64,000 bases of DNA from an uncultured Phycisphaerales bacterium (GCA_963758525.1 CAVWVQ010000003.1:2272001-2336000); one strand, 5' to 3'; shown: positions 33,428 through 44,369, numbered from the stretch's first letter. Numbers and translations are program-made. Notes: generated by a model from the letters alone, not told the origin.

Positions 33428-33613
33428 TCCGGCTGAGTTGTCATTGCGCAGCGTTCGCCCGCGAAATCGCCGGTCTTACTGGGGCAACACCGAAAGCGCG
33501 GCCTGGATTGACGCACCGCCACGTTTCTTTCGAGCAGAAAAGCAAGATTGCTATCAGAAATTTCGCTTTTGACGCCTTTCGCACGGGTTGGAAACCCGTG
33601 GTACAAAATGTGT

Positions 33614-35074
33614 ATGGCCAAGAATCGCACGCAATTTCTTTGCAATCACTGCGGCAGCGTTCATGCCAAGTGGATTGGGAAATGTCCGGACTGCGGGACG
33701 TGGGACAGCCTTGAGGAATACAAGGCGCCGACGCCAGATGCGCGGACCGAGCGGACCCGCGGCGCCACGCAGACCGGCGATTTGGCGCACGGCGGCGAGG
33801 CGTTGCCGCTGACTGAGATCGACGAAGCCGAAGCGCCGCGCCGGCCGACGGGAATCGCCGAGTTCGACCGGATCCTCGGCGGCGGAATTGTTCCCGGATC
33901 GGTCGTTCTCATTGGCGGCGAGCCGGGAATCGGGAAATCGACGCTGCTGCTGCAAGTGGCGAACGCGATTGCGGAAGAGGGAAGAAGGGACAAAGGGACA
34001 AAGGGACCAAGGGACGAAGGGGAAGCGGGAGGCGGCGGTTCCCCTCCCTCTGTCTCTTCCTCTCCGGTTCTGTATCTCACCAGCGAAGAATCGGCCCGTC
34101 AGACAAAGCTGCGTGCCGCGCGGCTTGGCGTCACTTCACCGCGACTGCTGGTGCTTGCCGAAACGAACGTCGAGCGGATCGTGAATCAGATCCAGCGTAT
34201 CCGGCCCGGCGTGGTCATCGTTGATTCGATCCAGATGATCTACAAGCCCGACATTCCAGCCGCTCCGGGCTCGGTCACTCAGCTCCGCGATTGCTGCATG
34301 GAACTGGTTTACCTGGCCAAATCCAGCGGCGCGGCCATCCTGCTGGTCGGACACATCACCAAGGCCGGCACGCTCGCCGGGCCGAAGATCATCGAGCATA
34401 TCGTTGACACGGTCATTTATTTTGAAGGCGATCGTTTTCACGCCCATCGCATCGTACGCTGCGTGAAAAATCGCTTCGGCAGCACGCACGAGGTCGGACT
34501 CTTCGAAATGACCGGCGGCGGATTGCGCGAAGTGCTCGACCCGGGGAACCTGTTCCTCGAACAATACGGCCCGCAGGGCCCGCCCAGCGGAACGGTGATC
34601 ACCGCTGCAATGCAGGGTTCGCGCGTACTGCTGGTCGAAGTGCAGGCGCTGACGGCGTCGAGCGTCATCGGCGCGGCCAAGCGCAAAACCAGCGGCGTCA
34701 GCTCCGACCGCGTGGCGATGATCCTGGCGGTCCTTGAAAAGCGCGCTGAGCTGCGGCTCGCGGCGGACGATGTGTTCGTCAATGTCGCCGGCGGGGTCAA
34801 GATCATCGAGCCGGCGATCGATCTGGCCGTCGCCCTGGCGATCGCGTCGGCGCACATGAATCGGCCGCTGGCGGCGGGAACGATCGCCATCGGGGAGTTG
34901 GGACTTGGGGGAGAAGTGAGATCCGTGCCGCAGATCGAGCACCGATTGCGCGAAGCCGCGCGGCTCGGACTGCAACACGCGATCATTCCCCACGCCGGGG
35001 CGGATCTGGCGAAGTTCAAAGGGCTGGAGCAGACGCAGGTGCGGCGATTGGCGCAGGCGATGGCGCGAATGTGA
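33614..35074 (+). CDS. radA: DNA repair protein RadA/Sms
   Basis: CxxC..CxxC, GGEPGIGKST, KNRFG, Lon-like C-terminus. Confidence 0.97.
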   Translation: MAKNRTQFLCNHCGSVHAKWIGKCPDCGTWDSLEEYKAPTPDARTERTRGATQTGDLAHGGEALPLTEIDEAEAPRRPTGIAEFDRILGGGIVPGSVVLIGGEPGIGKSTLLLQVANAIAEEGRRDKGTKGPRDEGEAGGGGSPPSVSSSPVLYLTSEESARQTKLRAARLGVTSPRLLVLAETNVERIVNQIQRIRPGVVIVDSIQMIYKPDIPAAPGSVTQLRDCCMELVYLAKSSGAAILLVGHITKAGTLAGPKIIEHIVDTVIYFEGDRFHAHRIVRCVKNRFGSTHEVGLFEMTGGGLREVLDPGNLFLEQYGPQGPPSGTVITAAMQGSRVLLVEVQALTASSVIGAAKRKTSGVSSDRVAMILAVLEKRAELRLAADDVFVNVAGGVKIIEPAIDLAVALAIASAHMNRPLAAGTIAIGELGLGGEVRSVPQIEHRLREAARLGLQHAIIPHAGADLAKFKGLEQTQVRRLAQAMARM

Positions 35075-35083
35075 ACGGACGCC

Positions 35084-35119
35084 TCGTGGCATGGGCGTCC
35101 GGCGCGTCCGGCCCATGCT
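35084..35119. repeat. REP-like palindrome
   Basis: GTGGCATGGGC...GCCCATGC between convergent genes. Confidence 0.55.
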
Positions 35120-35158
35120 GGTTGCAAGTAGCGGGGATCGAGTGAAATGCAGGCTCGG

Positions 35159-37138
35159 CTACGCGGAGAGGGCGAGGGCGGAAGTTTCGAATTTCTTCTC
35201 GATTTCTTCGGCCGGAACGGGCCGGCCGAAGAAATATCCCTGCATCATTTCGCAGCCGTGGCGGATGAGGAATTCGCGCTCGCACTCGGTCTCAACCCCC
35301 TCGGCCAGCACGTTGATTCCCAGACTGCGCCCCATCAGGAGAATGGCGCGGATGACCGCGGTGCGGCTGCTGGTCTCGGCGTCGCCCTCCTCGGCGTCGC
35401 GATCGGTATCAGCCGGTGGCGGGGCGTCGATCGCCTCGACGAACGTGCGATCGATCTTGAGAGTGTCGATCGGCAAACGATGCAGATAGGAGAGCGACGC
35501 GTATCCGGTGCCGAAATCATCGATCGCCAGAGTGACCCCCGTGCGGCGCAGCGAGGCGACTTTTTCCGTTTCCTCCGGCGTGTTGTGCATCAACAAACTC
35601 TCGGTCAGTTCAAGCTCCAGCCGCCGGGGATCGAGTTGCGTTTCAGCCAGGATCCGCGCCACGTTGGCGACGAAGGCCGGTTGCGTGAACTGCAGCGCCG
35701 ACACATTGACCGCGATTCGCAGTTGCGAAAGGTTGGGCCGGTCGCCCCATGCCTGCAGCTGCCGGCAGGCTTCGCGCAGGACCCACTCACCCAGTTGCAG
35801 GATCAAACCGCTCTCTTCAGCGATTGGGATAAAGCGGCCGGGAGGGACCATGCCCAGCCGGGGATGCTGCCAGCGAACCAGCGCTTCCACCGCGAAACAA
35901 TGGCCGCGGAAGTCAACCTGTGGCTGATAGTGCAGGCGAAACTCCCCATTTTCGATGGCCCGGCGGAGCTCCCCCTCCAATTCGATTCGCTCCAGCGCCG
36001 CAGCGTTCATCTCGGGCGCGAAAAACGCCATTCCACCGCGGCCCTGCGACTTGGCACGCGAGAGCGCCGCTTCGGCGTTGCGCAGAAGCGTCGGGCCGTC
36101 GGTCCCATCGATCGGGAAGAGGCTGACGCCCAGACTCGCCGTCAGGAACAGTTCGCGGCCATTAATTGCAAACGGCGCGGCAAGAACTGATAGGAGTTTT
36201 TCGGCAATGGCCGCCGAGCCGCGGCGGTCGTCCAGATTGCAGGCAACAAACAGAAACTCGTCCCCCTTGAGGCGGGCCAGCGTATCGCTGCGCCTCACGG
36301 AGCCTTGCAGTCGCTCCGCGATCGCACGCAACAGCGCGTCGCCGTCCGCCTGGCCGAGGGTGTCGTTGATAAACTTGAACCCATCGAGGTCCAGGAGGAA
36401 CAGACCTACCTGCTCCTCGGTGCGCCGCGATTGGTTGAGGGCTTGCGTGAGGCGGTCCTGCAGCAACGCGCGGTTGGGCAGGCCCGTGATCGCGTCATGC
36501 AGAGAGTGATGCGCCAGCCGCTGGCCCAGTTGATGCTGCTCCAGTGCGATTCCCGCCTGAGCGGCGGCAGTGCGAACCAGTTCCGTCTCGTGTTCAGTGG
36601 GAGTTCGGTATTCGGGCATCAGCAGGCAGATCGCCCCGCTCGGGCAGCCGCGCGGCGTCGGGATCAGCGCGGTCCAGCATCCGAGCAGGTTCATCCGCTG
36701 GCACAGCGCGCGCTGCGATGTCCAGATGGGGTCTGCGACAACGTCACTGGCCGCGATCTCGGCCCAAATCGCAGAGGTGTGGTCCTTCCGCTGGTTGAAT
36801 GCATCGGAGCTCGCGGCTACCGCGATGGCTGCGGTTTCCATCAGGCTCTGGTCATCCTCATCGGGGCGGGTTGCGAAGAATTTGCCTTCACCGGGGATGA
36901 GTGCCGCGACGCGCGACCCGGGAAATTGCAGTTCGAGCATCTTCGCTAGGCCGCGGAGAATGATCTCGACAGACTCTCCGGTCACCACCTGATGAAAGAA
37001 GCGCCGCCGGTCAGCGTCCAGGTGCCGAAGCTGCACCAGCTCGGCCGACGGGCTCCCGGCGGGGGGCGGAATGCGAACGCCCGGCTGGGTGATGGCCTTT
37101 GAGCCACGCATACGGGCTTTTTGCGTTTGCCACGGCAT
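35159..37138 (-). CDS. GAF-GGDEF-EAL protein (start uncertain)
   Basis: HDAITGLPNR, KGDEF variant, EALVRW, DDFGTG, QGYFF. Confidence 0.92.
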   Translation of the reverse strand: MPWQTQKARMRGSKAITQPGVRIPPPAGSPSAELVQLRHLDADRRRFFHQVVTGESVEIILRGLAKMLELQFPGSRVAALIPGEGKFFATRPDEDDQSLMETAAIAVAASSDAFNQRKDHTSAIWAEIAASDVVADPIWTSQRALCQRMNLLGCWTALIPTPRGCPSGAICLLMPEYRTPTEHETELVRTAAAQAGIALEQHQLGQRLAHHSLHDAITGLPNRALLQDRLTQALNQSRRTEEQVGLFLLDLDGFKFINDTLGQADGDALLRAIAERLQGSVRRSDTLARLKGDEFLFVACNLDDRRGSAAIAEKLLSVLAAPFAINGRELFLTASLGVSLFPIDGTDGPTLLRNAEAALSRAKSQGRGGMAFFAPEMNAAALERIELEGELRRAIENGEFRLHYQPQVDFRGHCFAVEALVRWQHPRLGMVPPGRFIPIAEESGLILQLGEWVLREACRQLQAWGDRPNLSQLRIAVNVSALQFTQPAFVANVARILAETQLDPRRLELELTESLLMHNTPEETEKVASLRRTGVTLAIDDFGTGYASLSYLHRLPIDTLKIDRTFVEAIDAPPPADTDRDAEEGDAETSSRTAVIRAILLMGRSLGINVLAEGVETECEREFLIRHGCEMMQGYFFGRPVPAEEIEKKFETSALALSA

Positions 37139-37319
37139 CGATGCTCGAATACGCCTTCAAATTCTTGCGGCACTTCAAACTGTTCATCGATATCATCGGT
37201 GGATTCTGGACAAATGATTAAGTCGGGGCGGTGCGAAGATTTGGCGCATCGCAAATTGACTGATAACTCCCGTTTTTCCACAAATAACGGCGGCGACACC
37301 ACGAACGGGGGGTGTCAGA

Positions 37320-37643
37320 TTATTGCGGGCTGATCGAACGCAGATAATGGAACGAGTAGATCCCGCTCCCATGGTTGTCGGACCAGTCGATCCGCAGCGC
37401 ATAATTCCCGACCAACTCCGCGGAGGTCGCGGAAATCTCCCGTGCCCAATTGCCCGGCAGCAGCCGCAGCGGCGACTTCTTCTGACCGGCCTCCCCGTCG
37501 CGCACCCCCTTGCATTGGGCGCAGGGGCATAGGGTGCGCAGCATCGAAATGCTGAAGACGGATTTCACACCATCCTCCCAGTCGATTTCCAGCTTCTCGT
37601 CCTTCTTGAGATTCAGCCGGATGGGGTTGGTACTGGGTGCCAT
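37320..37643 (-). CDS. DUF971 (GBBH-like N-terminal) protein
   Basis: LRTLCPCAQC...VGNYALRIDWSDNHGSGIYS. Confidence 0.92.
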   Translation of the reverse strand: MAPSTNPIRLNLKKDEKLEIDWEDGVKSVFSISMLRTLCPCAQCKGVRDGEAGQKKSPLRLLPGNWAREISATSAELVGNYALRIDWSDNHGSGIYSFHYLRSISPQ

Positions 37644-37664
37644 GAGCGTCCGGTCGTTTTGAGT

Positions 37665-38919
37665 TCAGATGATGGTGCGCGCGCGGTGGAAGAAGAGATT
37701 GACGACACGCGCGGCCAGTTCATCCTGATAGATCACTTGCTGGGCCGTCTGGTCATCGATCCAGAAGTGGTATTTCGGCTGCAGAGCGCTGTCAAAAAGC
37801 GCCTGGCCGGCGGAGAGCGGAACGAGCCGATCCGAGCCGGCACAGATCACCAGCAGCGGTCGAGGCCAGAGATTCTGAACGTCGCGCGCGGGGGACCAGT
37901 TGAAGAGATTGACCCCGCACTGGGCGCCGGCCAGCGGCAGCGCCATCCGCGCGACAAACGGTGCAGCCATTGGCGTGAGGTGTTCCTCCGCAAGTGCTCC
38001 GAGCCATCCACCCAGATCATCGAACGGATCGATCGCCGCGACCGCGTCGATGGCTTGGCCTTCGGGGCTGGGTTCGCTTGCCGCCCCGATCAGGGCGGCG
38101 GCTCCGATGTCGATTCCCAACCCGAGAATTCTTTTGCATTGGTCAGGATGCTGCGCTTTGAGCCATCGCACGGCGCCCAGCACGTCGCGCCGCTCGACTT
38201 TGCCGAAGGTGCTCAATTGACCGCTGCTCTCCCCGTGCGCGCGAAAGTCGAATGCCATCACGTTGAATCCGCTGGAGATCAGATTCCGGGCAATCGGGAG
38301 CACGCTGGCCTTGTCTCCGCCGAAGCCGTGGCACAGCATCACGGTTTCCCGGGCTGCATCCGGCGGCGCGTCGGGCGTAATCCACCAGCCGCGCAGAGAA
38401 GTGCCGTCGGTTGCGCGAAAATCGACGGTCTCAAACGGGGCGTTTAAGATGGTCGCCGGCGTACCCGGGTGAACTATTTTGGGCCGGAACGACAGGAGCA
38501 TCGCTGTCAGAACAGTAATTCCCACGCCGCCCATCACCGCGCCCTTGCCGGCGATCAGCAGCCCGGCGGCGATCGCGAACAGCCGGCGGCGGGCATTGGA
38601 CGTGCTGCGTGCGATGCACGCGCGGAGTGCTCGGCGCATCCAGCGATTCAACAGCAGATTCACGGCCGCCAGCCCGCACAGCGCCGCGGTCATCCAGTAG
38701 ATCGTGATCGCGGTTTGAGCCGCCGGCACCTGCGCCAAGCATCCAGCTCCACATTTTGGCCACGGCAAGTCCGAACAGCCCGCCGGCCAGGAACAGGCCC
38801 GCCAGCGACTGGGGGGCGACGCAAATCGAGCCCGTCCGGTTGCCTCGCACCGTCTGCCACACCGCCGCGATTGGCAGCAGGAGATAGACGAATGGAACAA
38901 GGCGGTACAGGCTGAGCAT
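37665..38919 (-). CDS. Membrane-anchored alpha/beta hydrolase; frameshift near 38800
   Basis: DGTSLRGWW, CHGFGG, DFRAHGES, nucleophile elbow GIDIG; N-terminal TM part in another frame. Confidence 0.8.
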
Positions 38920-38995
38920 CAGGGTTCCCCTATTGTAGGAACATTGCCCGGCGTTGAGATAGCATGCATCGCGGAGTATTTTGACGACACATCGC

Positions 38996-39370
38996 ATGCC
39001 CAGCGGCCCCGAAGAAACCATCCTGGAAGCCCTCAGTCGCCACAATCGCGAATCGGAAACCGAAGCCGTCGAGATTCTTCGCGACCAGCGGCGCGGGTTT
39101 CTGCAGAATCTGCGCGGCTGCTGGAGCGCCGATTCGTCGGTCCGACGGGAATCGCGCCTGAGGGTCACGCTGGGCATGCCCGGCGTCGTGCGGCTGTTTT
39201 ACCGCTACATCCTGCGCGGCGGGTTCATCGGATCGTACAGTTTCGATCGCGCGGCGATCCAGGCGACGCGTGAGCATTGGACGGAGATGAAGGTCCGCGA
39301 GCGCGAACAACCGTGGCGCCAAGAAACCGACGCGCTGGTCCAACGCCTGCTGCGGGAGCGGGCCAACTAA
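38996..39370 (+). CDS. Hypothetical protein resembling the C-terminal region of GT2 enzymes
   Basis: FYRYILRGGF motif; TAATG overlap with the GT2 gene. Confidence 0.7.
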   Translation: MPSGPEETILEALSRHNRESETEAVEILRDQRRGFLQNLRGCWSADSSVRRESRLRVTLGMPGVVRLFYRYILRGGFIGSYSFDRAAIQATREHWTEMKVREREQPWRQETDALVQRLLRERAN

Positions 39371-40278
39371 TGACCACATCCGGCGGACCGCGTATCGAAG
39401 TGCTGATCCCGACTCTCAACGAGGCCGAGCACATCTCCGAAACCGTCGCGAACGCGCTGGCCCTGGGACCGGTTTTCGTGCTCGATTCGTTCAGCACCGA
39501 CGGAACGCAGGCGCTGGCCAGGGCCGCGGGGGCAACCGTCGTCGAGCATCCGTTTGCCGACTACGCATCGCAGAAGAACTGGGGGCTCGAACATGCCGGG
39601 CTCACCGCCCCATGGGTCTTCATTCTCGACGCCGACGAACGCATCACGCCGGCGTTGCGCGAGGAGGTGCTCAAGAAGATCCAAAGCGAGCCGGAGGTCG
39701 GTTACTACGTCAACCGGCTGCTGATTTTCATGGGCCGAACCGTCCGTCATGGCGGGCTGTATCCATCCTGGAACCTGCGGCTGTTCCGCCGCGACCGCGC
39801 CCGCTACGAGCAACGCGCGGTTCACGAGCACGTCGTCTGCGACGGTCCCACCGGCTTTCTGGGCTCCGGCATGTTGCACATTCGTCGTGAAAGCATGACG
39901 CGTTATCTCGAAAAGCACATCCGCTACGCCGATCTGGAAAGCGACGAATGGGTGAAATGGCGGCTGGGCGAAAGCACCGGCGCCCCCGCCGCGTCGCTGT
40001 TCCGAAGCCATCTCCGCTATCGCCAGTGGCTTCGCCGTCACGTCTGGCCGCGCCTGCCATTGCGACCGCTGTGGCGATTTTTCTGGATGTACTTTCTCCG
40101 CCTCGGATTCCTCGACGGCCGGGCCGGCTGGCATCTGGCGCGGCTGATGGCCTCTTACGAATACATGATCACGCTGCTGTACAGGGAAAAAAGGGGAAGA
40201 CAAGGTCGAAACGGCAGAGCCGCGGCCGCTCCGCGAACATCCGCCGAACCGGCGTCCAATTCCGAATCAGGCCCCTGA
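39370..40278 (+). CDS. Glycosyltransferase family 2
   Basis: IPTLNE, DSFSTDGT, LDADE, VHEH, GFLDG. Confidence 0.93.
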   Translation: MTTSGGPRIEVLIPTLNEAEHISETVANALALGPVFVLDSFSTDGTQALARAAGATVVEHPFADYASQKNWGLEHAGLTAPWVFILDADERITPALREEVLKKIQSEPEVGYYVNRLLIFMGRTVRHGGLYPSWNLRLFRRDRARYEQRAVHEHVVCDGPTGFLGSGMLHIRRESMTRYLEKHIRYADLESDEWVKWRLGESTGAPAASLFRSHLRYRQWLRRHVWPRLPLRPLWRFFWMYFLRLGFLDGRAGWHLARLMASYEYMITLLYREKRGRQGRNGRAAAAPRTSAEPASNSESGP

Positions 40279-40348
40279 GCGGATCGCCGGTTCTGGCGTA
40301 TCACAGGAAATCTGGAATTTGAGATCTGAGATCTGAAATCATTTCATT

Positions 40349-41164
40349 TCAAAATATCCTCGAAAGCTCCACCAGTGTTTGGCTGAGCCAGGCATCGCCC
40401 CATTGCGAGCGGCCCCAGAGCAGCAGCGACCCGGCCGCGACGGGAGTGAGCGCGGGATCAGTGAGCGCGGCAAAAATATCCTTGCTGGTCGTCTGGATCG
40501 CGATCAACTCATGATGCTCGTCAGGCGCCATCCGTGCCTCCAGATCGGCGCGGACAAGGGACGTTTGAGCACGCAGAATCAATTCTGGCTGACGAAGCCG
40601 ATGATCTTCAACGATCCCCAGGCACCGGATGTCCGTCACGTCGGACTCGAGGAGCCCGGCCTCTTCCAGCAACTCGCGCCGGGCGGCGAGAAACGGATCG
40701 CCGCCGTCGCGCGGCTCCAGGGCGCCGGCGAAGGGGTGCAGCCGGCCGGGATAATAGACGACCGATTCGTTGCGCCGTCCCAACATCAGAAAACCGTCGG
40801 CGGTTTGCAAGGGTACGCTGACGCCGACAGAATTAGCCAGCACACAGGGCCCGTGCTGATCGGCCAGATGCGAGTGATACAGATTGGTCCCTAGAAAAAT
40901 GCGGTAGCTGGTCGGGCTCAAATCAAGCGATAGCTGTGCCGTGGTTGCTTCGAATCGTTCGAGCCGGCACATCGGACCATCGAAGAGCGTGACGCCGCTG
41001 CGCTGGGCAACGGCCCACGCGGCGTCGATGCGCTCGCGCACTGGCGCTTCGGCGTGCCAGGAACTGGCAACCATCCGGACGCGCACCTGCCCCGCATGCC
41101 AGTCCCCTGAGGCGCGAATCGTGAGCGCGCCCGCGGCGGGATTCAGCCGCTCTGCGTTTGCCAT
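40349..41164 (-). CDS. NUDIX-like hydrolase
   Basis: FDGPMCRL; AARRELLEEAGL Nudix-box-like. Confidence 0.8.
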   Translation of the reverse strand: MANAERLNPAAGALTIRASGDWHAGQVRVRMVASSWHAEAPVRERIDAAWAVAQRSGVTLFDGPMCRLERFEATTAQLSLDLSPTSYRIFLGTNLYHSHLADQHGPCVLANSVGVSVPLQTADGFLMLGRRNESVVYYPGRLHPFAGALEPRDGGDPFLAARRELLEEAGLLESDVTDIRCLGIVEDHRLRQPELILRAQTSLVRADLEARMAPDEHHELIAIQTTSKDIFAALTDPALTPVAAGSLLLWGRSQWGDAWLSQTLVELSRIF

Positions 41165-43338
41165 CGGTTGTTGCCTTCACTTGCGGCGGGGGTTTGGGGC
41201 GGCGGGATGACATCGCCAGCCGCAAGCGTGACGACAAAGGTGCTGCCCTCGCCCGGCGCACTGTCGACGGTGAGGGTCGCGTTCATCCCGTCAACCAGCC
41301 GCTTGCAGATCGAGAGTCCCAGGCCGCTGCCCTTGGTGCGATCCCGCTCCTGATTGCGCAGCTGAAAAAACTCATCGAAAATGCTCTTTTGATGTTCCCT
41401 GGGAATCCCCACGCCGGTGTCTTGCACGCGGATTTGGACGCTGCCGTCTGCGCAGCCCTCGGCCTGGACTCGCACGGAACCCTGATCGGTGAACTTGATC
41501 GCGTTGCCGACCAGGTTGCCGAGAATGCGCGCGAGCTTGGTGCGGTCGGCGCGGAGCCAGATCGGCTGGGCCGGAACAGACCATTCATAGGCCAGGTGTT
41601 TCTGCCGCGCCAGCGGCGCCAGGCTGTCGCGTGCGTGTTGCATCAGCTCGCCCAGGGAAAAGTCGGTGAAGTGCGTTTCGAGACGGCCCGAGTCGAAGCG
41701 GGCAATATCGAGCACGTCATTGAGAAGATTTACCAGCGAGACGGAACTTGCATACAGCTCCTGCGCCAGCTCGGGGATTTCGCCGGCCAGCGCGGGATTG
41801 CCGGCAGTGCGCCGCAGGAGGTCCGCCAGCAGGCTGATCGCGTTGGCGGGAGTGCGGACATCGTGGCTGACGGCGGCGAGGAAGCGCGTCTTGCGAATGC
41901 TGGCCTCCTCGGCCTCGCGTCGGCGCTGATCGATCTCCCGCTGCAGTTCCTTGAGCGCCGTGATGTCGACCAGGGCCGCGACGGCACCCTGTGATTTTCC
42001 CGCGGCATCGCGAATGGGTCGGGCATTGACCAGCAGGGTTCTTCTGCTGTCGTCCAGCATGATCTGTTCGAGTTCGATGCGTTGAACCTCCTGGTTCAGC
42101 CGGGCGGCGACCGCGATTGGAAATTCCGAGGGCGACAGCTCGCGCCCATCATGCGCCAGGCGCCATGCGCCGTGTGCAATTTCCTCGGCGACGTTGACGT
42201 CGCTGGGAATCTGGAACAGGGCCGCGGCGGATGCGTTGGCTCGCACGTCCGTGCAGTCCGCGTTGGCGATCACCATCGCCAGCGGAGTGGTGCGCAGCAC
42301 GGTCTCCAGACGCTGCCGCTCCGACTGCGCGATCTCGAAAAGATGGGCCGCTTCAAGACTGATCGAAGTCTGGGCCGCCAGCGATTCGATCAGGACCACC
42401 TGCTGCTCGGTCCAACCGGTATTGTGCCGGGAATATGCCTCGAGCGTTCCAATCGGCCAGCCGCTGACACGCAAGGGAACGGCGATCACCGCCGCGAACG
42501 GTTCGCCCGAGACCGGCTGGGGAAATTGCAGGTCCGGACGCAGCGACAGGTCTTCGAGATATCCGGTTCGGCCGCGCGTCAGCACTAGCGACGCGAAAGA
42601 CTGGTTGTAAGGAATCGCCTGCTCCCGCGCGCCCTCATCTCCAAAGCCGTGCTGACACGCGAGCCGGAGCATGCCACCGTCCTGCTCCAGGATGGCCGCC
42701 GCTGAAATCGAGTCGCCGTCGGACAGCATCCCCACCGTCCGGCAGATGCGCGCCATCATTTCCGAACGGCTCATCTCCGTCGTCAGGGCCCGCGAGAGCG
42801 AAAGGAGCAGCTCCAGCGTCTTTTCGCGGCGCTCCAACTGCTCGTTGGTGGTTCGCAGCTCCTCACTTTGACGCTCCAGTTCCTCCGCCTGCGACTGCAA
42901 TTGGTCATTCTGGCGGGCGATCTGCTCCTCGCGTGAGGACAGCTCAGCGTTGGCCTGCTCCAATTCAACCGCGCGGGCTTCCACGCGCTCCTGCAGCGAA
43001 ATCCAGATATGCCCCATCCCCGCCACCAAAAACATGTCTATTTCCACGAGCAATTCGCTGGTAGCCCCGCCGAAGGCCGCGTAGCCGGGAACGCCCGCGT
43101 GCAAATAAAAGAGTTTGACGCATGTGATCCCCGTCAATGCAGCCACGGTGCTCCAGAGCAGAATGCGGCTCCGGAAGTAGGCCACAAGAACAATGGGGAC
43201 CCCATAGCCGATCGGGAAGACTGACCCGGGCAGAAGCCCAAGCCGCACCACCGCCATGAACGCAACCAGCGCCGTTGCCGTGAGCACGCCGATCAACAGC
43301 GGCGGAGCGAGATGATGAGGACCCAATCGGTCACGCAA
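41143..43338 (-). CDS. Membrane sensor histidine kinase (coiled coil-GAF-PAS-HisKA-HATPase)
   Basis: SHDVRTP, NLVGNAIKFT, DTGVGI, GSGLGL. Confidence 0.92.
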   Translation of the reverse strand: MRDRLGPHHLAPPLLIGVLTATALVAFMAVVRLGLLPGSVFPIGYGVPIVLVAYFRSRILLWSTVAALTGITCVKLFYLHAGVPGYAAFGGATSELLVEIDMFLVAGMGHIWISLQERVEARAVELEQANAELSSREEQIARQNDQLQSQAEELERQSEELRTTNEQLERREKTLELLLSLSRALTTEMSRSEMMARICRTVGMLSDGDSISAAAILEQDGGMLRLACQHGFGDEGAREQAIPYNQSFASLVLTRGRTGYLEDLSLRPDLQFPQPVSGEPFAAVIAVPLRVSGWPIGTLEAYSRHNTGWTEQQVVLIESLAAQTSISLEAAHLFEIAQSERQRLETVLRTTPLAMVIANADCTDVRANASAAALFQIPSDVNVAEEIAHGAWRLAHDGRELSPSEFPIAVAARLNQEVQRIELEQIMLDDSRRTLLVNARPIRDAAGKSQGAVAALVDITALKELQREIDQRRREAEEASIRKTRFLAAVSHDVRTPANAISLLADLLRRTAGNPALAGEIPELAQELYASSVSLVNLLNDVLDIARFDSGRLETHFTDFSLGELMQHARDSLAPLARQKHLAYEWSVPAQPIWLRADRTKLARILGNLVGNAIKFTDQGSVRVQAEGCADGSVQIRVQDTGVGIPREHQKSIFDEFFQLRNQERDRTKGSGLGLSICKRLVDGMNATLTVDSAPGEGSTFVVTLAAGDVIPPPQTPAASEGNNRWQTQSG

Positions 43339-43342
43339 GCGG

Positions 43343-44335
43343 TTACCCCTCGCGCAGATGGAGGCACGGTGCGAGCTGGCGGAAACCTTCGGCCGCGCCC
43401 GGATGTTCGGCTTTTCCTGTCACGAGAAAACCTCCCGGCCGCAGTGCGCCGCGAAGGCGCCTCCAAAGTTCGATCGCGGAAGCCGGCCGCAGATAGATCG
43501 CAAGGTTGCGGCAAAGAATGATGTCCCAGCCCCCGGGCTCCGTCTCCCGAAGCACATCCGCCTGCCGCCAGTTGATCCGGCTTTGCAGCACGGGAGAAAT
43601 GCGCCACGATCCATCCCGCAGGCGAAAGTATCGGCGGATCAGCATTGCGTCCAAGCTGCCAGTGGCGTCGGCCGTAAATGTGCCGCGCCGCGCATTGACC
43701 ACCGCGCTGGCGCGGCAGTCTGTTCCAAGCAGGCGGGCGCGATGCAACAGGTTCGACTCAGCCAGCACTATTGCAAGTGAGTAGAGTTCCGATCCGTCAG
43801 AGCAGGCTGGTCCCCATATTCGCATATCGCGACAACGAGACGACAGCTCGGGAAGGGCGAGCTCGCGCAGCGAGTCGATCACTTGTGGATCGCGAAAGAA
43901 GGAAGTGACCCCAATGAGGAGCGCGTCCATCGCACGGGGCATCAACAGCAGATTGGCCTGGACGAGGGAACGCGCTTCACACAGGGAACGCGCCTGGAGG
44001 GTTCTGAGCAGCCCTGTCACCCGGCGTTTGAGCGTCTCGGGACGGTAATGATCGATGCGCAGCCCGGCCTGGCGAAAGAACCATCCAAGGCAATGCTCCT
44101 CTTCGTCAGAACATGGACCATCTGCATTGAGGTGGCGCGGCGCCGATGGCGGGGCGAAGTTGACCATGTGCCGGATCCCCGCGCCAGCGAGATGGGGGAA
44201 TGTCACATGATGAAAATCAGGCAGGCCGGGACCGAGCCGCGGCGCTGGCACAGCGCGTGCATCCGAGTGATTGGCCGGACCGCCGAGATGCAACATGAGC
44301 AGGTCGACCTTATCACAGACGAACAAACCCGCCAA
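43343..44335 (-). CDS. cheR: CheR-type protein methyltransferase (start uncertain)
   Basis: IGVTSFFRD, ACSDGSELYSLA, DIILCRNLAIY, GKAE. Confidence 0.88.
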   Translation of the reverse strand: MAGLFVCDKVDLLMLHLGGPANHSDARAVPAPRLGPGLPDFHHVTFPHLAGAGIRHMVNFAPPSAPRHLNADGPCSDEEEHCLGWFFRQAGLRIDHYRPETLKRRVTGLLRTLQARSLCEARSLVQANLLLMPRAMDALLIGVTSFFRDPQVIDSLRELALPELSSRCRDMRIWGPACSDGSELYSLAIVLAESNLLHRARLLGTDCRASAVVNARRGTFTADATGSLDAMLIRRYFRLRDGSWRISPVLQSRINWRQADVLRETEPGGWDIILCRNLAIYLRPASAIELWRRLRGALRPGGFLVTGKAEHPGAAEGFRQLAPCLHLREG

Positions 44336-44369
44336 CTGAACTTCGGAAGTGACGGATGATCATAGATGA

